DNA of 64,000 nt from NCBI RefSeq assembly GCF_000142905.1, contig NW_013657650.1:193388-257387 (forward strand). Direction: 5' to 3'. Below the pieces are notes generated by a model. That model did not search any database and had not been told where the DNA came from. It worked only from the letters and a program-made list of their open reading frames with translations. Both the position numbers and the translations under genes were made by a program. Every line of letters begins with the position of its first letter. The first letter of the stretch is position 1. The DNA comes from Thecamonas trahens ATCC 50062 (lineage: Eukaryota > Protista > Apusomonadida). Positions 45,184-55,240 of the stretch are shown in pieces.

Positions 45184-48100
45184 ATGTACGGCAATGGCAA
45201 CCGGAGCACTGCAGACCTGCTTGCCAGGGCCAAGAGCGTGCTGGCGGCGTCGGCCCACTCGCGGGCCCGGACAACCGCCTTGGCCCAGGTAACGCCTTCG
45301 CCGGCCCAGCTGTCAGCCGAGTCGCGCCACATTCTGCGCCAGACGGTGGCGAGCGGAAGCGGGTACGCACAGCAGTGGGGAGAGGGGGGGCAAGAGCAGG
45401 GGAGGGGGGGGGGGGGGGAGTGGATGACTTACAAGAGGGACGGGGGACGGGGACGGGACACGGACTGGGCACGGGGACGGGGCACGGACTGGACGGGCAG
45501 CCACGGCGGGCCGGCCAGGACGTCGGCGCCGATGGCGAGCGGCGGGCGGTGGCGGAGCAGCAGCCGCGGGGTAGCACGGCCGATCGTGATGCCGAGCGAT
45601 GAGCTGCTGGTTCCGCCGCAACCGGCCTCGGTCTTTACCTCGCCGTACTTTTCCGGGAGCTCGCCTCGCCGGGAAACTAGCGAGCTGCCGCCGCGTGCGC
45701 CTCGGAGCGGCGGACGATCGCCGACGCGGTCGCCGCTTGCGCGGCAGTCAGATGCGCTGGTGCAGCGAGCAAACGATGCGCTGATGGCGTCGGCGGAGCA
45801 GCGTGCGCGGCTGGCAGCGGCACGACAGAGCCCGTCGCGGCGAAGCCCGCGGCGATCGGCGTCGCCGCTGGAGGAGATTGTCGGGCAGCGGCGGGCCGAG
45901 TACGCTGAGCTGGAGAGCAAGGTGGCGGCGGCAGATGCACGGCTGGGCGTCAACGCGCAGCAGTACCGAGAGGTTGAGTCGCGGCTCGACGACTCGATGC
46001 GCAAGCTCGAGGAGCTGCAGGCGGCAAACCGGCGGGCGCGGGGTGTGGAGCGGCGGCGGCCGGTCGAGCCGCGTGGAGAGACCCGCGAGGAGTCGCTGAC
46101 GCGGCTGCTAGTCGACTCGCAGGCCGAGTACAACCGGCTTGTGGCGGCGCAAAATGCAGCGCTTCGCGACAAGGACGACGAGATCCGGGCGCTGAAGGCC
46201 GAGCTGTACCAGGCACGGCTGACGATCGAAGACCAGGCGCGCGAGCTGGCGCGGGCTCGGACGCAAATCGATGTTCTTCACACCTCACTCACTGTTCCTT
46301 CGATGCCGTTGCGAGTGCCCGAGCCTGCTATCGTGGAGAGTCCGACGTCTGCGGCCGCACCTGCGCCAGTCGTGGTTGAGAGGCTGTCACCAGTGGCTGT
46401 GGGTGAAGAGTCAGCGGTGCCGCTTGCGGCGCCCGGTTGGCCACTGTCAAGAAGGTCGACGTCGTGTCGGTGGCCAAGGACAATTCTGGCGCAAACATGG
46501 TGGCTGTGCCTGTAGATGGTGGCGAGTCGGCGGCTGCCCCTGTGGCTAGCGGCAGAGCTGGTGACGACAGTGATGTCTCTGCGATGCTGGCTGCCGATGG
46601 GTTGTCCGATGGGGAGGAGGCAGCCTCTGCTCCGGTCGATGATACTGTGTCTGATGTTGACGACAACAATGTGGCAACTCTGATTGCTGCCGGTGCATCG
46701 TCAGACGATGAGGAAGAGGTTGCGCCTGCTTCCACCGACGCCGATGAGTCGGATGACGACGACGATGTCGCTGTGATGCTCGCTGCTGCCGGTGCTTCGT
46801 CCGATGATGAGACTGTGCCTGCTCCTGTTCCTGTCGAAGACGACGAGTCAGACGGCGACGATGATGTCGCTGCTCTCCTGGCCGCCGGTGCTTCGTCCGA
46901 TGATGAGGCTGTGCCTGGTCCTGCTCCTGTCGAAGACGACGAGTCAGACGGCGACGACGATGTCGCTGCTCTCCTGGCCGCCGGTGCGTCGTCCGATGAT
47001 GAGGCTGTGCCTGCTTCTGCTCCGGTCGATGACGACAAGTCCGGTGACGACGATGTCGCTGCGATGCTCGCTGCCGCCGGTGCTTCGTCAGACGATGAGG
47101 CTGTTGTGCCTGCTCCTGCCCCGGTCGATGACGACAAGTCCGGCGACGATGATGTCGCTGCTCTGTTGGCCGCCGGTGCGCCATCTGATGAGGAGGTTGC
47201 GCCTGCTCCTTCTCCGGTTGAAGACGCCGAGTCGGATGGCGACGATGATATCGCTGCTCTCCTGGCCGCCGGTGCTTCGTCCGATGATGAGGCTGTTGTG
47301 CCTGCTCCTGCTCCTGTCGATGACGACAAGTCGGACGGCGACGACGATGTCGCTGCGATGCTCGCTGCTGCCGGTGCTTCGTCCGACGATGAGGCTGTTG
47401 TGCCTGCTCCTGTTCCTGTCGATGACGACGAGTCCGACGGTGACGACGACGTCGCTGCGATGCTCGCTGCTGCCGATGCTTCGTCCGATGAAGAGGCCGT
47501 GCCTGCTCCTGCCCCCACTGACGCTGATGAGTCAGATAACGACGACGACGTCGCTGCGATGCTCGCTGCCGGTGCTTCGTCCGCTGATGAGGCTGTGCCT
47601 GCTCCTGCTCCGGTCGATGACGACAAGTCCGGTGACGACGATGTCGCTGCGATGCTCGCTACCGCCGGTGCTTCGTCCGATGATGAGGCTGTGCCTGCTC
47701 CTGCCCCGGTCGATGACGACAAGTCCGGCGACGATGATGTCGCTGCTCTCCTGGCCGCCGGTGCGTCGTCCGATGATGAGGCTGTGCCTGCTTCTGCTCC
47801 GGTCGATGACGACAAGTCCGGTGACGACGATGTCGCTGCGATGCTCGCTGCCGCCGGTGCTTCGTCAGACGATGAGGCTGTTGTGCCTGCTCCTGCCCCG
47901 GTCGATGACGACAAGTCCGGCGACGATGATGTCGCTGCTCTGTTGGCCGCCGGTGCGCCATCTGATGAGGAGGTTGCGCCTGCTCCTGCCCCGGTTGAAG
48001 ACGCCGAGTCGGATGGCGACGATGATATCGCTGCTCTCCTGGCCGCCGGTGCGTCGTCCGATGATGAGGTTGCGCCTGCTCCTGCTCCTGTCGAAGACGA

Positions 48101-50512
48101 CGAGTCGGACGGCGACGATGATGTCGCTGCTCTGTTGGCCGCCGGTGCTTCGTCAGACGATGAGGCTGTGCCTGCTTCTGCCCCGGTCGATGACGACGAG
48201 TCGGACGGCGACGACGATGTCGCTGTGATGCTCGCTGCTGCCGGTGCTTCGTCCGCTGATGAGGCTGTGCCTGCTCCTGTTCCTGTCGATGACGACGAGT
48301 CGGACGGCGACGATGATGTCGCTGCTCTCCTGGCCGCCGGTGCTTCGTCAGACGATGAGACTGTTGTGCCTGCTCCTGCTCCTGTCGATGACGACAAGTC
48401 GGACGGCGACGACGATGTCGCTGCGATGCTCGCTGCTGCCGGTGCTTCGTCAGACGATGAGGTTGCGCCTGCTCCTGCCCCAGTCGAAGACGACGAGTCG
48501 GACGGCGACGATGATGTCGCTGCTCTCCTGGCCGCCGGTGCTTCGTCCGATGATGAGGCTGTGCCTGCTCCTGCTCCTGTCGAAGACGACGAGTCGGACG
48601 GCGACGATGATGTCGCTGCTCTCCTGGCCGCCGCANNNNNNNNNNNNNNNNNNNNNNNNNNNNNNNNNNNNNNNNNNNNNNNNNNNNNNNNNNNNNNNNN
48701 NNNNNNNNNNNNNNNNNNNNNNNNNNNNNNNNNNNNNNNNNCTAACGACCATCTGTGCCTGCTCCTGCTCCTGTCGAAGACGACGAGTCGGACGGCGACG
48801 ATGATGTCGCTGCTCTCCTGGCCGCCGGTGCTTCGTCAGACGATGAGGCTGTGCCTGCTCCTGTTCCTGTCGATGACGACGAGTCAGATGACGACGACGA
48901 CGTCGCTGCGATGCTCGCTGCTGCCGGTGCTTCGTCCGATGATGAGGCTGTGCCTGCTCCTGTTCCTGTCGATGACGACGAGTCAGATGACGACGACGAC
49001 GTCGCTGCGATGCTCGCTGCTGCCGGTGCTTCGTCCGACGATGAGGCTGTTGTGCCTGCTCCTGTTCCTGTCGATGACGACGAGTCCGACGGTGACGACG
49101 ACGTCGCTGCGATGCTCGCTGCTGCCGATGCTTCGTCCGATGATGAGGCTGTGCCTGCTCCTGTTCCTGTCGATGACGACGAGTCAGATGACGACGACGA
49201 CGTCGCTGCGATGCTCGCTGCTGCCGGTGCTTCGTCAGACGATGAGGCTGTGCCTGCTCCTGCCCCGGTCGATGACGACAAGTCCGGCGACGATGATGTC
49301 GCTGCTCTCCTGGCCGCCGGTGCTTCGTCAGACGATGAGGCTGTGCCTGCTCCTGTTCCTGTCGAAGACGACGAGTCAGATGACGACGACGACGTCGCTG
49401 CGATGCTCGCTGCTGCCGGTGCTTCGTCAGACGATGAGACTGTTGTGCCTGCTCCTGCCCCGGTCGATGACGACAAGTCCGGCGACGATGATGTCGCTGC
49501 TCTCCTGGCCGCCGGTGCTTCGTCAGACGATGAGGCTGTGCCTGGTCCTGCTCCTGTCGAAGACGACGAGTCCGACGGTGACGACGATGTTGCTGCGATG
49601 CTCGCTGCTGCCGGTGCTTCGTCCGACGATGAGGCTGTTGTGCCTGCTCCTGATCCTGTCGATGACGACGAGTCCGACGGTGACGACGACGTCGCTGCGA
49701 TGCTCGCTGCTGCCGATGCTTCGTCCGATGATGAGGCTATGCCTGCTCCTGTTCCTGTCGAAGACGACGAGTCAGATGACGACGACGACGTCGCTGCCAT
49801 GCTCGCTGCTGCCGGTGCTTCGTCCGATGATGAGGTTGCGCCTGCTTCTGCCCCGGTTGAAGGCGACAAGTCGGACGGCGACGACGATGTCGCTGCGATG
49901 CTCGCTGCTGCCGGTGCTTCGTCCGATGATGAGGCTGTACCTGCTCCTGCTCCTGTCGAAGACGACGAGTCGGACGGCGACGACGATGTCGCTGCTCTCC
50001 TGGCCGCCGGTGCTTCGTCAGACGATGAAGCTGTGCCTGCTCCTGCCCCGGTCGATGACGACGAGTCGGACGGCGACGATGATGTTGCTGCTCTCCTGGC
50101 CGCCGGTGCTTCGTCCGACGATGAGGCTGTGCCTGCTCCTGTTCCTGTCGAAGACGACGAGTCGGACGGCGACGACGATGTTGCTGCGATGCTCGCTGCT
50201 GCTGGCGCTTCATCAGATGATGAGGCTGTGCCTGCTCCTGCTCCCACCGACGCCGATGAATCAGATGACGACAACGTCGCTGCGATGCTCGCTGCTGCCG
50301 GTGTTTCATCGGACGATGATCCTGCTGGCGCCCCGGCCCCGGTCCCAGTTGACGCCAACGAAGAGTCTGGCGACGATGACATCGCCGCCCTCCTGGCTGC
50401 CACCGCTGCGTCTGACGACGATCCGCCCTCTGCCGCTACCTGTTCGTCAGACGACGACGACGACGACGATGTCCTGGCCCTCCTCGCTGCCGCTGGCTCC
50501 ACATCCGGTTAA
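45184..50512 (+). CDS. Large coiled-coil plus acidic tandem-repeat protein; probable intron from about 45363, frameshift near 46435 and an internal gap
   Basis: Coiled-coil-like ORF (EYAELESKV...KDDEIRALKAELYQ) continuing in the -1 frame into the DDDDVAALLAAGASSDDE repeats, with a stop at 50512. Confidence 0.7.
46640..50500 (+). repeat. Coding minisatellite: roughly 40 units of about 90-99 nt encoding PAPAPV(D/E)DD(E/K)S(DG)DDDVAA(L/M)LAA(A)GASSDDEAV
   Basis: Directly visible tandem repeats, including a higher-order block duplication (about 46980 and 47757, offset about 777 nt). Confidence 0.95.
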
Positions 50513-50531
50513 CCGCATCTCATTCTGTGAT

Positions 50532-51584
50532 TTAGATGTTAAAGAAGATCTTGAGGAAGATGACGACAACGACGAGGAAGAGGAGGTAGACTCCCTCAAA
50601 GATGTACGGATCGGCGCCAGACGACGCCACCCACGTCGAGCGCTCGTAGTCGAGCACCTTGGTGTCGCGGCGCTCCAACACAATCTCGAAGCGGAGCTCG
50701 CCCGAGACAGAGTTAGAGCGGAACGGCAGCCGAGTCAGCCGCTTGAGCCCAGACTTTTTCGGCGGCCGCTGGAGGGCGTGCCACTCGTCGTGGATGTTGC
50801 CATCCAGGTAGTCAGCGACGCGGACAACGACCTCCCCCAGGCATGTGTCCTTGGCCAGTAGCGCCTTGTCAAAGACACGGAAGGTGAAAAAGTCGTCGCG
50901 GTGGTTGAGATCGAGCAACATTTGCTCGTTCCACTTGGGATGCATGTTGTCCTCGATGACCTGCGTCCGCAGCAGCTGGTTGCCGTGCGAAATCTCGCAG
51001 TACGGGTCGTAGTTGCGGTTACCGAGGTCGCGGGCTTCCTTGATCCGGACAGTGGCGACGTTGTAGTCTGGCAAGCCGTCCTCGTCCGCATCGGGCACCA
51101 AAACCCGGCCATCAGGCCCGACAGCGATAATGTCCTGTGCCTCGTCCTCGTCCGACGAGAATAGCGGCGACTCACGGTCGACAACATTTGCTTCATCCTC
51201 GCGGATGCCGATGGCCTGGATGATGAGCCGCAGCCGGCCTGTCACAGGCTTGCGCGACGACTTGGGCTGGAGGATGTGCCAGCGGTCGCGAGCCTCGCCG
51301 TCGAGGTGCTCGTCGACAGGAATGGTGAGCTTGCCCAGGAAGTCGTTGGAGATCCTGTCGTGGTCCCACACCTCGACCTTGAGCTCAGCCTCACCAACAG
51401 CAAGCGGGATTTCGTACGATTCGTTCCACACGGGGCACAGGTCGCGCTTGTGGATGGTGGTCGAGTACTTGGTCTTGCCGTGGCGGAGGACCACAAACGG
51501 ATCCGACGTCTGCGTCCCGTCCTTCAGCTTGTCCTTGGCCATGAGGCCCTCGGCCTCCACCACGGTCACCCGGAGCGTGGTCAT
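50532..51584 (-). CDS. Tandem C2-domain protein with a C-terminal TM tail anchor
   Basis: LRVTVVEAEGLMAKD...SDPFV...VWNE...VWDHDRISNDFLG, a second C2 domain YDPYCEI...PKWNE...VFDK...DTCLG, and a hydrophobic C-terminus. Confidence 0.9.
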   Translation of the reverse strand: MTTLRVTVVEAEGLMAKDKLKDGTQTSDPFVVLRHGKTKYSTTIHKRDLCPVWNESYEIPLAVGEAELKVEVWDHDRISNDFLGKLTIPVDEHLDGEARDRWHILQPKSSRKPVTGRLRLIIQAIGIREDEANVVDRESPLFSSDEDEAQDIIAVGPDGRVLVPDADEDGLPDYNVATVRIKEARDLGNRNYDPYCEISHGNQLLRTQVIEDNMHPKWNEQMLLDLNHRDDFFTFRVFDKALLAKDTCLGEVVVRVADYLDGNIHDEWHALQRPPKKSGLKRLTRLPFRSNSVSGELRFEIVLERRDTKVLDYERSTWVASSGADPYIFEGVYLLFLVVVVIFLKIFFNI

Positions 51585-51873
51585 TGGTGCTGGGGCTGGG
51601 GGTAAGGATGAGGATGAGGCAGGTACAGGGGATGCAGGCTGTTCAAGGGATACAGTGGGCGCAGTGGGTGCAGTGAGGGGGGTAGTGAAGTGGTGCCCAG
51701 CCGCACACACCACGCTGTGTCTGTTGCGGCGGGTGGTCAGCGGGTGGTGGCGCAACAAACGCACAGCCACCGCCACTGCCAAAGCGAACGGTCAAAACGA
51801 GTCGGAACGGCCGAGTGTGACATTGGCACACATGCGAACCACGCATGCGACCATGTTCCACCTCTTTCCCTTG

Positions 51874-51935
51874 CACACACACGCACACACACACACACAC
51901 ACATACACACATACACACACACACACACACACACA
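51874..51935. repeat. (CA)n microsatellite in a divergent intergenic region
   Basis: Direct dinucleotide run. Confidence 0.9.
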
Positions 51936-51977
51936 TCTCCACGCTCACAGAACTGCACGCAACCTCTCCTCTCCACC

Positions 51978-53332
51978 ATGTCCAACGAAGTACGTCCCCT
52001 ACCTCCCTTCCCCTCCCCCCCCCCCCCCCCCCGCCCCACCGCCCTCACCTCCCTCCTTACATGCACGCGCAGGCTGCTGCTTCCTTTGAGGAGCTGATGG
52101 TGGCCATCCAGGGCGTGTTGCGCCTCGCAGGGAACTCGTCCGAGCTGCAGGAGGCCGTCATGGACGTGGCCCGTCTGGCCAACACCTGCGTGCAGGAGAA
52201 GAACAAGCAGATCGACGAGCTCCGTGCCATGCTTGTCACCCTCCGCGCTCGCGCTCTCTATGACTACACCGGCCGCGACGAGGAAGAGCTCTCGTTCAAG
52301 GCCGGTGATGTCATCGAGGTCCTCGACGCCCAGTCTGACAATCAATGGTACTACGGTCGCCTGGATGGCAAGCACGGTGTCGTGCCCATAACCTACGTCA
52401 CCCTCTTCCAAGTCCCCGTCGAGATGTCCGCCCCCGCCGCTCAGCCCGCAGACTCGCTCGCCGTCTCGGATGCGGACTCGTCGACTCCGGCTGCCCGCAA
52501 GTCGTGGTTCGAATCTGTCCGCGGCGTCGTCTCTGACATTGGCTCGGTCTTTGCCATGTCTGGCGAGGCCGACGACGAGCCGGCCCCGCTCGACATCTCG
52601 GGCCCGACCGACTTTAAGCGCGTCTCCCACATCGGCATCGACGCTGACGGCACTTACTCGCTGGAGAATATCCCCGACGAGTGGCGCGACAAGTTCCGCC
52701 ACCTCGGCATCGGCGACGAGTACCTCGAGCACCCGGAGCACGCCCAGTTTGTCATGGACTATGTCATGAACCAAGAGGTCAAGCTCGCCGAAGAGGCCGC
52801 AGCTTCGGACAATGCGGCGCCATCGTCAGAGTCCGTGCCCACTCCCACAGACGCCAACGACGATGCCGCCGTGTCGCCTGCCCCGGCTCCTGCAAATGCT
52901 GCCACCCCGCCGGCTGCCAACCCGCCGCCGCCGCCGCCGCCGCCACCCCCGCCGTCCAACTTCAACAAGTCTCCCGCCGGCGCCATCGTCCGCGCGCCGC
53001 CGGCCGCCAGCCCCACCGTCACCGCAGGCCGTTCGGGCATGCTCGGCGACATCCGCTCGTTCTCCAAGACGAAGCTCAAGGCCGCCAAGCCTGTCGACAT
53101 CACCACCATTCCCAAGGAGGAGACCGCCGACATGCACTCGGCCTTCCTCAAGGCCTTCCACGACAAATTCGCCCTCGTCTCGTCGGCCGACATCGATGAG
53201 CACGGCGGCTGGTCCGACGATGATGATGACAACGGCGAGAGTGCCCAACCGTCTTCTTCGTCTGCAGCGCCCGCCATGCCGTCCAAGCCCAAGCTCATGC
53301 CCAAGCCCAAGCCCATGCCCAAACAGCCGTAG
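51978..53332 (+). CDS. WASP-family-like Arp2/3 activator: coiled coil-SH3-CRIB-polyPro-WH2-C-A, with no WH1; exon 1 51978-51989, intron 51990-52072
   Basis: ARALYDY...ELSFKAGD...WYYG...GVVPITYV (SH3), ISGPTDFKRVSHIG (CRIB), a P11 run, GRSGMLGDIRSFSKTKLKAA (WH2) and acidic GGWSDDDDD. Confidence 0.85.
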
Positions 53333-53438
53333 ATGCCTCCGACCGCCAACCGCATGAAACCCCTTTCGCCCGCCGAACCCAAACCGCAACCGAAGCCATT
53401 CCCCACTCCACTCCCCCAACACACCCCCCATCGCAGTC

Positions 53439-55028
53439 ATGGCCAACTGGGGCTACCACGCGGTGCGGCTGTTCCTGCGCTTGGTCCTCGCCCTCTTCTT
53501 CAGGTCGGTAGAAGTGGTGGGCAGTGAGCACGTGCCCGAAGGTGGGCCGGTCGTCCTCGCCGCTGTCCACACCAACGCCCTGCTCGACCCGTCGCTGCTC
53601 ATCGCCACCGCCCCGCGCCCGGCGCGGTTCATGGCCAAGGACACGCTGTGGAACTCGTGCTTCTTCCGCTTCTTCCTCTGGCTCACCGCCTCGGTCCCGG
53701 TCAAGCGCCGCATGGACCACGGCACCCTCACCGCCGAAGAGCGCGAAGCCGCCACCACCGCCACCTTTGCCGCTCTCTTTGAGACCCTCGGCGCCGGCTC
53801 ATGCATCGGCATCTTCCCTGAGGGTATCTCGCACGCTGAGCCGCGCATGGCGCCGCTCCGCTCAGGCACCGCTCGCATCGCCCTCGGCTACCTCGCCCAG
53901 GCCGCAGGCGCTCCGCTGATGGACGCCGCGGCAAGCCCGGCATCGACCGCCTCGGACGCCGACCCGCTCCTCGCGCCGCGGCCCTCCGTCCACGCCATGC
54001 ATCCTCACCAGCACACCATCACCATTGTTCCCTGCGGCCTCTCTTACCTCTCGCGCTCGTCGTTCCGGTCTCGTGTCCTCGTTGAGTATGGCCGCCCGCT
54101 CGTCGTTGGCCCACGCCACCTCGCCGCCTACCAGGCGAACCCGGCCGAAGCCGTCCGCGCCCTCACCGCCGAAATCGCCGACGCGCTCGCCGGCGTCACC
54201 ATCAATGCCGATGACTGGGACACGCTGCGCCTGGTGCAGATGGCCAAGAACGCTGTCGCGCCCACCGCCGCGCTCTCCGACCACGTGGCAACTACCAAGG
54301 CCTTTCTCGCGACCTACGAGGCCCACCGCGAGGAGGCGTCCATGCGCGCCCTCCGCGCCGGCGGCATGGAGTACATGACCCGCCTCGAGAGCATAGGCCT
54401 CAAGGACCACCACATTGCCACCAACGTTGGCATCCCCATGGGCATCCTCGGCTTTGTTGCCCGCTTTGTCCTCTTTGTCGTCCTCCTCCCCTTCACCCTT
54501 GTCGGCTTCTTTGTCCACTTTCCCATCTACTTCCTCGCCTGGATCGTCTCGCGCAAGATGGCCACCGACTCGCTCGACACCATTGCCACCGCAAAGGCCA
54601 TTCTCATCGTCGTCTTTGTGCCTGTCATCTACATCTCCATCACCGTTGCTCTCACCCTTGTCCTCAACCCGTGGTACGCCTGGCTCGCCATCTGCATCGT
54701 CGGCTTGCCGCTCGTCGGCTTTGCCACCACCAACGCCCTCATCTATGGCCGCAAGGTCTTCAAGGGCATGCGTGCCGTTGTCACCATTATGCACTGGCGT
54801 GCAGAAGTCGCCGAGCTCCGCGCCCTCCGCCACTCGCTCATCGACCAGCTCCTTGCCGCCTGGATCGTGTTTGGCTCGGAGACAGAGCCGCCATCGTCCA
54901 CCCCGACCTCGTCCGGCGCCGGCACTCCCATCCCGTCTCCCATGGTCCCAACTCCAGGCGCTGCGTCCACCCCTGTCCTCCCTGCTGTCTTTGGCTTTGG
55001 CTCCAACCTCGTCATCAACGACCGGTGA
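53439..55028 (+). CDS. Glycerol-3-phosphate/DHAP acyltransferase (Gpt2/Sct1-like PlsC family)
   Basis: HTNALLDP (HxxxxD), FMAKDTLW, PVKRRMD, GIFPEGISH and C-terminal TM segments. Confidence 0.9.
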   Translation: MANWGYHAVRLFLRLVLALFFRSVEVVGSEHVPEGGPVVLAAVHTNALLDPSLLIATAPRPARFMAKDTLWNSCFFRFFLWLTASVPVKRRMDHGTLTAEEREAATTATFAALFETLGAGSCIGIFPEGISHAEPRMAPLRSGTARIALGYLAQAAGAPLMDAAASPASTASDADPLLAPRPSVHAMHPHQHTITIVPCGLSYLSRSSFRSRVLVEYGRPLVVGPRHLAAYQANPAEAVRALTAEIADALAGVTINADDWDTLRLVQMAKNAVAPTAALSDHVATTKAFLATYEAHREEASMRALRAGGMEYMTRLESIGLKDHHIATNVGIPMGILGFVARFVLFVVLLPFTLVGFFVHFPIYFLAWIVSRKMATDSLDTIATAKAILIVVFVPVIYISITVALTLVLNPWYAWLAICIVGLPLVGFATTNALIYGRKVFKGMRAVVTIMHWRAEVAELRALRHSLIDQLLAAWIVFGSETEPPSSTPTSSGAGTPIPSPMVPTPGAASTPVLPAVFGFGSNLVINDR

Positions 55029-55240
55029 CCATTCCGGGCCACGGCCTGTTGGCAGCTTGCCCGCCACCGCCGCCCGCCTGCCGGCAGGCACCGACCAAAT
55101 CGGTTTTGGCGCGCAGCCACCCAACACAACCACGCCCACCCGCAACCCAAAACACCAAACACACCACCACCACACCCACTCCCACCACCACACCTACCAC
55201 CACATCCATTCCTACCACCCCACCCCCCACCCCGTATCCC

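Noticed and set aside
46640-50500. Regular repeats that could be mistaken for a CRISPR array
   Set aside because: The units are wholly repetitive with no unique spacers, vary in multiples of 3, encode an open frame, and have no cas genes nearby in this eukaryotic context.
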